Below, one piece after another: positions 51,725 through 64,000 of a stretch of DNA of 64,000 bases. Below the pieces are notes generated by a model. It was not told the DNA's origin and made no database searches. It saw nothing but the letters and a program-made list of their open reading frames with translations. The DNA is from Calcarisporiella thermophila CBS 279.70 (lineage: Eukaryota > Fungi > Calcarisporiellomycota). Position 1 is the stretch's first letter. Each line of letters opens with the position of its first letter. The translations under genes were made by a program, and so were the position numbers. The stretch is taken from the NCBI RefSeq assembly GCF_041956535.1, contig NW_027192206.1, forward strand, positions 229,149 through 293,148, written 5' to 3'.

Positions 51725-52002
51725 TGTCAAAGAAAAGGACACCGATATGAAAAACTTGCGATGTTGTTAAAGAAAATTCTGCCAAAATATACGAAAAAAA
51801 CGGCTCCATTTTCTATGTGAACCTGGGGAAAGTATATATAGCGTGTTAACCAATTATCACATGTCCGCGGAGCAAATTACTCCTTAGCCAGTTTGGTATA
51901 TTTTCTGGACTGTCATATTGCCGACGTGTGGCGTAGTCTAAATTTTGTTTACTTCTCTTCGGCAAGAGGGGGGAGCCTCTATTCGAGCTTTACCGCTGAC
52001 AG

Positions 52003-53022
52003 ATGAATACACTAGGGCGATCGTTAAAATTCATCCTTCGCTCAACGCCCTCCGTCACTCCTTTGGTGCGATTGGGACCCATTGGTAAGATTCTTTTTCA
52101 CCCCTCTTGCGATCCTTTCGAGAAACTATATGTTCACAATATTAATTCGCGTGTTTTATTTTCGAATGTGAACCGCATCCCGCCATTTTCTAGGCTTTTT
52201 AGCATCCACTGAGCGTGGCAATTCTTCCTCCTTTACCACATATACTCCCCAACATGCAAGGCGCCGGGTCGTTCACCCGCTAGTGCCCACTAGCAATCTT
52301 TCCCACATTGATCCCATACTCGACTTTCCCACTGAAATGCCTGCGCTAGACGCCCCATCGCTTTATACTCGGCAACCACCACCAGCGCTTCTAGACACAG
52401 ACACCGACGAAATTGATCCCTCGAGTACCCCCTTGACCCGTGATGAGATTCGCCGTCTTCAAAAGAAGGTGCTTATTGTCAAAAGAGTGGTTAACCAGAC
52501 TCGAAAAGGCAAGATCCCGAGCATGTATGCCCTTGTGGTGGTCGGAAATGGGCAAGGACTTGCGGGCTACGGCGAAGGGAAGCACGAGGAGGCGGCGAGA
52601 GCAGTGCGAAAGGCAACCCACAGAGCTATTAAGAGTGTGCGATATTTTGATCGATACGATAATCGGACCATCTACCATGATATCCAGCACAAATTTGGAG
52701 CAACAGAGCTTAATCTTCGAGCACGTCCACCTGGTAAGCTTGATGATGACAATGACTAGGCTGAGAGACGCGCCCCTTCTCTGACCACCTTGACTTATTG
52801 TTAGGTTTTGGCAACCGCGCCAACCATTATGTGCACGAAATCTGTCGCTGCATTGGTATTCAGGATATCAGCGGCAAAGTGTGGGGATCACGCAATCCCA
52901 TGAACGTGATCAAGGCAACATTTGAAGCATTACAACAGCAGAAACTCCCTGAGGATATTGCAAAAGGACGAGGAAAACGACTGGTAGACGTGCAGCATGT
53001 CTATTATGGCTCGTCCCAGTGA
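52003..53022 (+). CDS. MRPS5: mitochondrial ribosomal protein uS5m
   Basis: Presequence, KRVVNQTRKGKIPSMYALVVVGNGQGLAGYGEGK, RYDNRTIYHD, RARPPGFG, GSRNPMNVIKA. Confidence 0.9.
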
Positions 53023-53221
53023 AAAAAATCAGAGGGGGTTTTAGAAAACATTGTATTATCACGACTTTTTTAATATCATCTCTTTTAGAGTTATTTTTAT
53101 TAAATGCCATTGTCTCAAAAACATAATGGAGCAAGAGGTACTGTACAATAAGCATATTATTAAATAGCGAAATCCCCAGTTGGAAAGTATACGCTTATAC
53201 AGCAAGCGCATGCGGAAGCCG

Positions 53222-53530
53222 TTACGAATAATAGAGTTCCAAATTCATTCCATCATGAAGTTCATCTAGATCAATAATTCAAACAAATCGAGGCATTAAT
53301 CTCAGGAAAATTGACCCATAGCGACTCCTAAAACAAATATACATACAGTCATCAAGGGTAATGTGATCTTTGTAGATCGTATACCACTTCTTCAGCACGA
53401 TTTTCTTGGGATCTGTGCCTGTTTGAGCTGCGATCAGCTTCTTCAAATCACCCACAGTGTCGCTTGATTCACACTTGACGCGCACTTTTTTGCCAAGGCG
53501 GTCATTGCAAACGATCTCGATCAAACCCAT
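53222..53530 (-). CDS. HUB1: ubiquitin-like modifier Hub1/UBL5
   Basis: [17 protein letters not shown]...[22 protein letters not shown] (di-tyrosine end); one intron. Confidence 0.96.
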
Positions 53531-53857
53531 TTTTCCCCAATTTTTCTTTTGCTATTTGCTTAAACAAAGATCGTAGAATTCTTTGGCCTTCTTTATATAT
53601 TGGTGGCTTGGGTGCAGTGTGGCGAACGTCCAGTCCGAAAAACACGTAGCTCAAAGAAACTGCCATAGACAAAGTTGGATCTCAATATCACTCCTTAACA
53701 TAGATTCTGCCATTGTTTAATTGAAGTGTCATTGGAGAATCTCCTTGTATTCTATACCACTCTCCTTTAATCCCCCCTCCCCCCCGCCACTCCTTTCTTC
53801 CCCATATCCCCCTTGCCCCTCCCCTGGTCTCCTCGCGTTCACCGTCGTCTTTCTCTT

Positions 53858-54791
53858 ATGGAAGATTACACCATTTATTCTAATACAAAGTTCCAAGCTG
53901 CAGATGGAACGTCATTTTATCCAGGCAAGTTTTCAAACCTTTGTATCCGCCCATGGCCTTCTAATAATAACTATTTTCACCTGATTACTACGGATAGTCC
54001 CTTCTTCTTCTATCGCCTTCACGCCTCCTGTCCCTTTTCCAATGAATAGATTTGTCTCTAGCCCAACGCCTGAGCTCAACCACCACAGCCACCTATATCA
54101 ACAGCAACTTGCCCCATCAGTCGAAGCCATTCGTGCATCTCTAGCGACAGTCCCGGAAGGCTACTATCCAGAGTTTCACCAGTATAACCATGAACAATCC
54201 ATGGCAGGCGGACGAAAGAGATCGCGAGCAGCAGGGAAGGTGAAAACAGAAAGCCAAACAACGAGTGTTGACGAAATGAATGCAAATAATGAGTATGATA
54301 ATTTTTCAACCTTCATGTTTATTTTCGCGCGACTGCTTATACTCTACTTTAGTCATCCATCTCTTTCCAGTGCTGAGCTGCGGCGGCAGACTCATATCCA
54401 GTCGGAGCAGAAGCGTCGAGCCGAAATCAAAGACGGGTTTGAGATTTTACGAAAACAGCTTCCTGGCTGTATCAATAAGAAATTAAGCAAGGCTGCTCTA
54501 TTACAAAAGAGTAGGTGGCGCTGACCATTGGTATGACTATGTATGTCCGCTAAATCCTCCCCCTGTCTTTTAATACAGCCATACAGCATCTACAGCATTT
54601 GCAACGGATTCAGCGTGATCTGCTTGTCACCGCGGATCGGATGGCGCGTGAAAACCAAGAATTGCGCAGGTAAAAGATGATTTGATTTGATTAATAGTCT
54701 TCAAGTTCGGTTCCAATTCTTATGAAACATTATTTCTTTGACCCACAGCCGCCTCCAAGAAGCACTGCTTTACACGAATACTACTGTTTAA
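53858..54791 (+). CDS. bHLH-ZIP transcription factor (Max/Mlx-like), multi-exon, first intron GC-AG
   Basis: ELRRQTHIQSEQKRRAEIKDGFEILRKQLP...KLSKAALLQK..QHL followed by a short zipper. Confidence 0.85.
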
Positions 54792-55498
54792 TATATTTTT
54801 CTGACACTATAACCATACTCTTATCTATATACCCCCTACCTCCTAATCATTTCTATACATATATACTCTTCCTCTTTACTTCAATGAATAGAACGCTTCC
54901 CCCTTCCCCCTTTTTTCCAAGCTATATCTAATGGCGATGATGAGGTGCGAGATAAAGAAACTTGCGTGCTGCCAAATTAGTATCATCAAGGGAAAATTTT
55001 TTTCATATCAATGTGGCTATTAACGTTGAAGGCCATATTAGGTTTATCCTGCTGGGCCTTTGAATTGCCAAACTAATCAGTATAGACAATCGAGTAGAAT
55101 CGCGAATCATCTGTTCCCGGGCAGCCAATGGCTGAGCGCAGAAAAGATAGGGGGGATAAGGAAACCAATAAAGAATGCGAATAGGAATGCTCTGCTCGCC
55201 CTGTTTTTCCTCGCTGTTTTCGCTTCTCAGAAAACTTGTCCAAGACCCAAGGAAAACTCTCAAAGAGTCGGTTCAACCCGGCCGCCATCTCTCCCTTTCG
55301 CCGTTATTTTTTCCCTCCAATTCCATTCTCCTAGTCTCTTAACACACTAGGCAACGCTGCACATAATTAGTTTATTTTGCCATTTTCCTCTCTTCTATAT
55401 GCGTAATTCCAGTTTATCATCCTTAGTTTTTATTATTCTTTGAGCTCGCCATCTTTATTTAATTTATAATTTTTGACTCCTCCTTTTTATTGAAGAAG

Positions 55499-58400
55499 AT
55501 GCTGGTGAAAAATTGGGTTCGGAGTTCACTACGTTCAGTCTCGCATCAGGCTGCAAAAGGCCCCATCGAGATGATTGTAATCTGCCTTTTCATTGCGGCC
55601 TTCACCTATTTCAATCTGCTGCACTCTGCGAAGAATTCGGAACTCTTCGCTGATCCTAGTACATCTCGGGAAGAGGTGCTTGATAGCGCAACAATCATGG
55701 TTAGTCCAGGAAGCTCAGACTTTGTCTCAATCGCCCCCGAACTATCTGCTAACTCGACCGCTGCCCGGGTCCTTTTACAACAAGTACGCGTGAGCTTTCA
55801 ACAGGAAGCTGTTGTTTCAAACCGCATGAAGGAAAGCTTTTCTCGAATTCGAGAAAATGCGATCCAGCACTCTTGGTATCCTGTTGCACTGAGCATGTTG
55901 GAGAATAATAACGAAGCAACACTCGTGGATGAAGGCTTCAGCTCTATTCTTGCTTCTTCTTTGGGTGCCAATGAGTATAAGGTTGATGGAACAAACACCA
56001 CGAAGGATATGGTCAATAAGGGATGGGCAACCCTAGTGATGTCATTCGCAAGCAACGTGACTGAAGGAAATCATAACATATTAGCCCATGAGTGGATACA
56101 ACATATCTTTAACATGAACGATGGCTTCTTGGTGCCATTGCACACCGCAAAAGCCAAAACAAATAGGAATACGCTCTCATGGGGTTTGATGGTGGCGAAA
56201 AATATTGTAGTCAAGGTCTCCGAGCTCATTAGGGTACGTATTTGCAATGGCCCTCTACTTTCCTCTAGCTTTCGGTTGAAGATTAACGATACGGTTGTTT
56301 CTAGCGTGCCGGCACCACCGACATTGTGATTTTTGCCATTGGCTATGTGATGACTTTGGCTACCTTCGTCTCTCTCTTTGTGAACATGCGTGCCCTTGGG
56401 TCCCGCTGGTCGCTTGCCATCGCAGTGCTCTGCTCAGGCTTCTGTGCGTTTTTGACCGCCTTGTTTACTGTACAGAGCTTCGGCGTGGTGATCGATCCAA
56501 AGCTTCTTAGCGAAGCTATCCCTTTTCTCATCATCACCATTGGCTTTGAACGACCGTTCACGCTCACTCGCGCGGTCATGATGGCCCCGTGCACGACTTC
56601 TTCTCTGAGGCGGGATGTGCAGGAGAACGTGGTTTCGGCTGTGGAGGCCGTGGGCCTGACGATTCTCCGGGACTGTGCCATCGAGATTATGGTATTGACA
56701 ATCGGCGCGCTCTCGCATATCAAGGGTCTCCGGGAGTTTTGCTTCTTGGCTGCGTTTATTCTCTTCTATGATTGCCTGTATATGTTCACGTTGTACACGG
56801 CGGTTCTCACGCTCAAACTCGAGCTGAAACACCTCCGCATGCTCAACAGCGCTAAAAGAACAGGCGCTCCGACCAGTGGCACCGCCTATATCCGCCAGAT
56901 CACCATGAATGCATTCAGTGATCCGAGCAGCGACTCGTTAATGGAGGCCAATCAGAAAATGGATAAGCGTGGAATGACTCGCGTGAAGCTGCTCATGATC
57001 ATTGGCTTTGTGGTCATGCATATCCTCAATATTTGCACCACCCTGACCAACAAGCAGGACGAGCCCACCTCGGCCTCCTCCAACCCTCCTCGGGCCCAAG
57101 TCGACGTCACGGATGGCATTATTGCGCCTGTAGTTAGTATGCTCATTCAAAATCACCAGCAGAGCGATTTGGCAAATCTACCCTTGGTGGTTGAGGTCGC
57201 TTCTCCTTTCTTGCTCCACACAACAGCCTCCACCCTTGCGGTTGGCAAGCTGGTGGAGCTTGTCTCGTACTACTTGCAGGACCCCCTGATCAGCAAATGG
57301 ATCAGCATTGCCCTTTCCGCCTCATTGTTCCTGAACTGCTACCTCTTTCACCTAGCTAAGCAACCCAAGCCTGTGGAAGCGGAGAAGCAGCCTGGTGCAA
57401 CCACGACCAAGTCGACCGTGGCACCCGCAGATAGAAATCCTGCGTCGGCGAGTACGAGAACGGTTGCATCTGTCGTGCCGGAAAAGAAGACACCCGCGCC
57501 CTTGACCGTATCGCAGGAAATTGCAACGGTGAAAAAGCTTCAAGCGGCTCCTAAATCCTCCGTTTCCATTGTTCAAGGCGAGGTCCGTGAGGTCGAAGAG
57601 TGCGCTGCACTGCTCAAAGAGCAGGGATCCCACCTGCTGAGCGACGAGGAGATCATTTTGCTGGTGCAAAACGGAAAGGTTGCCCCCTATGCCCTAGAGA
57701 AAACCCTTGGAGACTTCACACGCGCGGTGCGTGTGCGCCGTATGATCATTTCGCGGCAATCCATCACGGGCACGCTTGAGAAGAGCTTGCTGCCCATGGA
57801 GAACTATGACTACACCAAGGTCTTGGGCGCGTGTTGCGAAAACGTTGTCGGATACATGCCTTTGCCTCTGGGGATCGCAGGACCCTTGACCATCGACGGC
57901 GACACTATCCATATTCCAATGGCGACCACAGAAGGCACTCTGGTGGCGTCGACTTCGCGTGGATGCAAGGCAATCAATATGGGAGGGGGCGCGACCACCG
58001 TATTGACTCGGGACGGAATGGCACGTGGGCCCGTCATGGAATTCCCCAACATCACTCGTGCAGCAGAGGCGAAGCGGTGGCTGGAGGAGGAAGGCCGCGC
58101 GGAAATTACCGAGGCCTTCAACTCGACGAGCCGATTTGCTCGGCTGCAAAATACAAAGGTTGCCCTTGCGGGCAAGCTGGTGTTCATCCGCTTCGTCACC
58201 ACCACCGGAGATGCGATGGGAATGAACATGATCTCTAAGGGATGCGAGAAGGCCCTTGCCCATTTGCAGGAGCGCTTCCCCGACATGAAAATCATCTCCC
58301 TCTCCGGCAACTACTGCACGGACAAGAAGCCCGCTGCAATCAACTGGATCGAGGGCCGCGGCAAATCGGTCGTGGCAGAGGCGATCATTCCCGGTGACAT

Positions 58401-58962
58401 CGTGCGCTCGGTCCTGAAGACGACGGTGGAGGCGCTTGTGGAGCTGAACATCAGCAAAAACCTGATTGGCTCCGCGATGGCGGGGTCCGTGGGCGGGTTC
58501 AATGCCCACACGGCCAACATTTTGACGGCCATCTTCATTGCGACCGGCCAAGACCCGGCCCAAAACGTGGAGAGCTCCAACTGCATCACACTGATGAAGG
58601 CCATCAACGACGGCAAGGACCTGCATCTCTCGTGCACCATGCCCTCCATCGAGGTCGGCACGGTTGGCGGGGGAACCGGATTGCCCGCCCAAGCTGCCAT
58701 GCTCGACATGCTTGGGGTTCGCGGTCCCCACCCGGAGACGCCCGGCGCGAATGCGCAACGCTTGGCCAGAATCATCTGTGCCGCGTGTATGGCCGGGGAG
58801 CTGAGCTTGTGCTCGGCGCTTGCCGCGGGCCATTTGGTCAAGAGCCATATGCAACACAATCGGGCCGGGGCGTCCGCAGTACCCACACCCGTTGCGTCAG
58901 CGCCGCTTCCCAAGTTGAGCGAGGAGGAAAAAAAGACTATCTCTGAAGGTGGCAATAGATAA
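55499..58962 (+). CDS. HMG1: HMG-CoA reductase (class I, with sterol-sensing domain)
   Basis: [19 protein letters not shown]; catalytic [60 protein letters not shown]; one intron 56234-56304. Confidence 0.97.
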
Positions 58963-59726
58963 AACTCTCCCTCCCTCCCCCCTCTCCCCCCCCCTCTCCC
59001 CTCTCTCTTTCTCTTTCACTTTCTCCCTCTCTATCTAAAAAATTTTGAACGATGATCAATTCGTCTTGTTATCTACATGTACCTCCTTTCTCTCGACTTC
59101 CTTTTCATTATTACCCTTTTTATCTATTATCATAATTGTCTATTTTCAGCCAAAATAGAATAAAAAACATTGATATGACCTAGTGTAGTTCGGAGCAAAA
59201 GATTGGACGGTCCGTGCGCCAAAGAGACGCTTGTTTACCTTTCTTCCTCGTTGGAGGTATGTGAGAGGGGCCACTCGATAAAGGCCTGCTGCAACCAATG
59301 CTGTTTTTGGCCGCAGAGTGGAGTGGTTAGTTATTTCGAGCTCTCCTCCCCACGATTCCACTCCGGCTTGATTTCCTTACCATATTCCGTCCTGTTGTCG
59401 ACGTCATCCAATTCCGTCACGGAAAATTTTTGTTGATGGTTTGTTTATAGTTGATTGAGCCTCTATTGTTCCTTCTCTTCTTCCCTTCTCACTTTTGTCA
59501 TTACCGGAAGCACCTCGCAGAGAACATAAAAAGTAAGAGTCACACGCACTGCTTCTGCCCCCTATTGCGAAGTCATGATGGATCTTGTTAAGATGGGCAT
59601 CCATTTCCATGATGAGCAATGGGCGGATGGTTTTATTTGTGTTTTTGTTTTCGAAATTCACAAGATCCATGAGTGCATTTAGTTTCTCACTTCATCTTTA
59701 TTAACTCTTTTTCTTTTTGCAGGAAA

Positions 59727-60299
59727 ATGGCTGGTGGAGTTACCGTTAAAGACGTGAACGCACACGATTTCGTAAAGGCCTATGCCGCACACCTTAAGCG
59801 TGCCGGCAAGCTTGAGGTGCCCAAGTGGGTGGACATGGTCAAGACTGGCGCGTACAAGGAGCTTGCCCCCTACGATCCCGACTGGTTCTACGTCCGTGCT
59901 GGTAATTATTCCCTTTTTCCCCTCGTCTATGCAGCATGAATTCTTAGATGATTCTTGCTCTTCATAGCTGCCGTCGCTCGTCACATCTACCTCCGCAATG
60001 GCGTTGGAGTTGGTGCCCTCAAGCGGTTGCACGGTGGTCGTAAGCGCCGTGGAACACGGCCCTCGCACCACGCTGAGTCCTCTGGCTCCGTGGCCCGCAA
60101 GGTCCTCCAGTCCCTCGAGAAGGTGGGTGTTTTGGAAAAGGATAGCAATGGGTGAGTATCATGTCCAATCTTTTCCCGAGCTTGCTGCGCAAACGATTGA
60201 CCATTCTTCACTTTTGGTAGCGGCCGCAAGATTACTCAGGATGGCCAGCGCGACTTGGACCGTATCGCGTCCTCGCTCATCAACAAAGCTGATGCTTAA
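59727..60299 (+). CDS. RPS19: 40S ribosomal protein eS19; two coding introns plus a probable 5'-UTR intron (59533-59722)
   Basis: [52 protein letters not shown]. Confidence 0.97.
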
Positions 60300-60993
60300 A
60301 TTCTTTTTGTTTTCCTCCCCTAATAAACATTTCCCATTTGCTTGTTTTAGACTTGATAACCGTTACTCTATATCTGTTCTAAAGAGGGTGTAGTAACCTT
60401 TAAATGGCCGCTGCAAATTCAGCTATAGCCCACTAAGAGGCCAAAAAATTTTCTCGTGTAAACCTCTCTGCTCTGAAAATTTCAGAGGTGACAAACACCC
60501 TACAAAAAATTAGGATAATTGAATAAATCTATTTGGGGAGAGTTTCGAAAGATTCCAACATTATAATATAATTTATTAATGCGATTTTTCATCGATATTG
60601 CTTTCTCGATTTTCCTTCCGGCGCGTTTTCTGACGATCTTTCCCACTCTTCCTTTTATCCACTTGTCTGGTACTAGTATCTGCTCTGCTATTTATATTCT
60701 ACTGCAGTTTCCTGTTCACAAAAATAGGGTTACTTAGTCGGAATGTATTTTCATAATCGATCTTCTTCTCTTACCTTTTCATCATTGTTCTTAACCTATT
60801 GTGTTATTCACCTGGGATATGCCGGATCAAGTTTACATTACATCTAACTGATTTTCTAGCTAAAGCATAAAAAATAAAAATTAAGGGTGAGTTCCTCTTA
60901 ATTATCCTCATAGATATTCGATTGTACTACGGTAAATACGATTTTTTATATCCTTATTCGGGCTGCAAGATTGTATGCGCACTTATATCTTCA

Positions 60994-62670
60994 TCGCTCT
61001 CTTCATTGCAAGTTTCAAAAAAGTTTCAAATGCACTACTTGAAATGGAATCCTCGGAGTCATCGTCTAATTCTGCAATAAAAATTCTCCTGGATGGATGG
61101 AATATTATACAAGCGCCTTTATTATTAAACACTGGAGGTTCTACACTATATGCTGTTCCACCCGCCACCCCAGTTATATATGCTTTTTCTAGAAAACCAC
61201 GGGTATTATATTGATGCTCGGGAAAAATGGCCTTCATGATAAAATTGAAGACATATTTATTATCGTTATTTCACAAAACTATTTCAATACTTCGTGTATC
61301 CTCCTCTAGCTTTATAAACAGCTCGGAATCTCCTCAACATACTCTCGTATAAGTTATCAATATAAGCCTAAGCTATACTCTCCCACGTACATTTGATTCG
61401 TTCCCAGAGCTCTTCCCTATCCTTTGGCCGAGTAGAATAATCTTGAAGCCTCCTCTTCAAGAGGCTCCACGCGTTCTCTATGGGATTTAAATCTGTTGAC
61501 TGAGCAGGCCATTCTGATACTCTTATGTTGCGATCTTGCAGCCATGCTTGAGTTGACTTGGCGATATGAGGGGGGGCATTGTCATGTTGGAAAATGATCT
61601 TATCTTTGTCTATCCCGTACCGTTCGAATGTTCCAAGAAAACCTTCATCTAAAATGTTCTGATATGTCCTGGCATTTATTCCACCTTCTACACGAAGTAG
61701 AAGCCCCACTCCTTGCGAGGTGATGCAGCCCCATATCATGATTGACTCTTTTCCCTGGTTCGTGGTTGGAATAATATTGCACTCTCGCAGAGGTTGCCCC
61801 TTCTTTACGTATGTGTATTCCTTTCCAGTGGTCTGTAAAAAGGACACTATGGCTTCATCCGAGATTATTATGGTTTGTATGGTCTGAAAATCCCACCTAA
61901 CAAGTTGAGCTGCGAATTTGAATCGAGCTTTAAAATGGCGCGGGAGCAGCAAAGGCTTCCTAGGCTTTGATCGAGGCTTCACTTCGTGCCTTCTAAGCAT
62001 CATTTTTACAGTTTTGTTTGTTACGCTTTTCTTCAGCTCTTCTCTGATAACTTTCTGCAAGTCGACAAGCTTAGAACACTCTCCGGTTGACGCCTTCTTA
62101 GAAATGTATTTCTCATCTAATTCACTTAGACTACGCGGACGACCATATTTTGGCTTCATAGAAGGATATTTCGGGGTACTCCATTCCTTGATTATTCTTC
62201 TAGCAGTTTCACGGCTTATTCCCACTAGTGCTCCAACCTTACGTGTGGACACTCCCTTTCTTGAAAGTTCAAGCACACGTTCTCGAATCTTTTTACGAGT
62301 TGGCTTCATAGATGTCAGATATTGTTAAAAAATAAAAGCATCACCGTTGCAAATAAAAAATATTTAAATGGAATGGTGGAGAGGATATAAAAAACATTTG
62401 GGTATCTTTGGCACACATCGGCATTTATAAAGATATCAATTTCCCATAAATTCGGGGTGCTATTCAACGATATCCTAGTTTTACAAGAAATGCATATATA
62501 ACCGGGGTAGCGAGTCGAACAGCCTATAGTGTAGAACCTCCAGTGTTCAATAATAAAAGCGCTTGTATAATATTCCATCCATCCAGGAGAATTTTTATTG
62601 CAGAATTAGACGATGACTCCGAGGATTCCATTTCAAGTAGTGCATTTGAAACTTGCAATGAAGAGAGCGA
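60994..62670 (-). mobile_element. Tc1/mariner-family DNA transposon relic bounded by ~155-bp inverted repeats
   Basis: IR arms 60994-61158 and 62517-62670 are near-identical reverse complements and enclose a DD34E transposase. Confidence 0.8.
61284..62309 (-). pseudogene. Tc1-type DD34E transposase with a premature TAG
   Basis: HTH, GRPRSL, SDE, MIWGCI, FQHDNAPPH-34-E (DLNPIENAW). The TAG at 61368-70 is followed in frame by AYIDNLYESMLRRFRAVYKARGGYTKY*, the canonical Tc1 C-terminus. Confidence 0.9.
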
Positions 62671-64000
62671 CATACTCTGCTTCACGAATTTCCGGTAAAA
62701 TACAGCAAAGAAGTACAATGGAATTTCTTTGCCGAGTACCATGGAAAGAGGTGGGTAGATTGCCATTTTGGTTTGATTTCTCGCTGATTCTCGGCAGTTG
62801 AATCGAAGACGGGAACAAGTAATATCTACAGATCGATTTCGTCATTCGAAGGCCGCTTACAAGCAACCAGCGGCGGCAGGGAACAAGCCAGGGAGGAAAA
62901 TCATCCATCAAGATTTTCCGCTATGAGCGTCCCAGCAGACCGGAGACACTAAAGGTCCTGTCAATCGAGAAGTTTTCGATCTTCTCATTTTCTGATGAAC
63001 ACAAAGCGATTTATGCGTACAACGGATCAGCGGGAGCCGAAAATGTCGAAGTCAACCAGAAAATCCCTGCAAAGAAAGATAAGCGGTATCCGAAACATAT
63101 TGAGGAGGTAGAGGAGAAGAAAAAAGGCATATATTAAGGATTAAACCACTTGGGCGGGTCCTATATCGAGAGATTGTGCAAACAGATTATGAGCTTGGCA
63201 CACTGATTATGGAGTATATTTGGATGCAAATCGGAAGAGGGCGAGGAGGAGGAGGGAATGGTCAAAAAAGGAAATAAAGTCCAGGAATTTATTTTCATTC
63301 TTGCATCCAAAAAAGTTCGGTTTAAGCCAGGAATTCCATCCTGCCCTTGGCGATTTCCTGTGAATTGACTACCATTTCTTTGAAACTTTTTGTACATAAT
63401 TTCATACACAAGAGTCTGTGTTATGGGAGAATTTCCATAGGATAAAGGTCTGGGAGCAACATTTGATAACCTCAGAGAAAATAGGTTCATTATGCTAGCG
63501 AGCAAAAACCTTTCTCTCTTTTAGGTTTCCTCCTACCTTCAATACTGTTGCAAACCTCTTTATCCTATTTAACAAAGTATTGTGATAAAATGGCAGAGTT
63601 AGTAGCTCTCAAGCTTTTTGCTAATGATTTACAGTATGCTGCACGGGTGTATATGAAATTAAAGTTTCTTATTGCTCTTATTATTCTTTCATCCCATAAA
63701 GTATATCAATGATGATTTATATAATAATAATGTAACATAAAGGCAATAACGTTTCATAATTATCATAAAAAGTTTAAACGGAAATTTTCCGAGAGATAGG
63801 AGGCTGAGTTTTAATCAAGCGTACCTATGACTTTAACGATTTCGTTGAAAATACATCCGCCATCTGGAAAATTAGGTTATTCAATAACATTATTATCATA
63901 TATTTGTTTTAATTTTAAACAATACTTGAGATAGACATCCATCAACAGATATAAGCCCATGCTCATAGGGCCTCTGTTCAACAAGATATGAACGCATATT

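Noticed and set aside
53858-54791. bHLH next to HMG-CoA reductase as a possible SREBP
   Set aside because: The basic region has Arg (EQKRR), not the SREBP-diagnostic Tyr, and there are no TM segments.
57694-58955. Long antisense ORFs (387 and 214 aa) and similar shadows over ARG1, GT4 and the hydratase
   Set aside because: These are stop-poor shadows of GC3-rich coding strands with no recognisable motifs.
5107-58962. Apparent lipid-metabolism cluster (seipin, isomerase, hydrolase, LIP5, hydratase-SCP2, HMGR)
   Set aside because: The genes are scattered among unrelated housekeeping genes with no shared pathway or backbone enzyme.
59573-59615. SECIS-like ATGA...AA...TGAT pattern
   Set aside because: The pairing register gives no tandem G-A quartet, it lies in a 5' leader intron, and no in-frame TGA gene is adjacent.

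Overview
Gene-dense, intron-rich eukaryotic DNA with short (~60-110 nt) GT-AG introns. It is almost certainly fungal and, by gene content and style, probably an early-diverging lineage such as Mucoromycota (inference). About 31 protein genes occupy 1-60.3 kb. Most are housekeeping: STR3-like lyase, RPT1, seipin, enoyl-CoA isomerase, ARG1, casein kinase I, GGC1, RPE1, a DHHC acyltransferase, LIP5, HUB1, HMG-CoA reductase, RPS19 and mitoribosomal proteins. An AT-rich, gene-poor end (60.4-64 kb) holds a decayed Tc1/mariner element between long inverted repeats. Splicing the exons by eye reveals several things the ORF track hides: (1) a kinesin-fold protein that has lost the P-loop, switch I and switch II (pseudo-kinesin), with MCB-like promoter boxes; (2) a BCL7-like SWI/SNF subunit; (3) a mitochondrially targeted, phage/bacterial-type ATP-dependent DNA ligase; (4) a stand-alone hydratase-2-SCP2 peroxisomal fusion; (5) a La/LARP7-type xRRM protein; (6) an intronless SQD2-like GT4 with Pho4-type boxes; (7) an unassigned, highly structured ~200-nt intergenic RNA candidate with a Pol III B-box; (8) long palindromes with 1-nt spacers. 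All assignments come from motif recognition and manual splicing. No searches were run.
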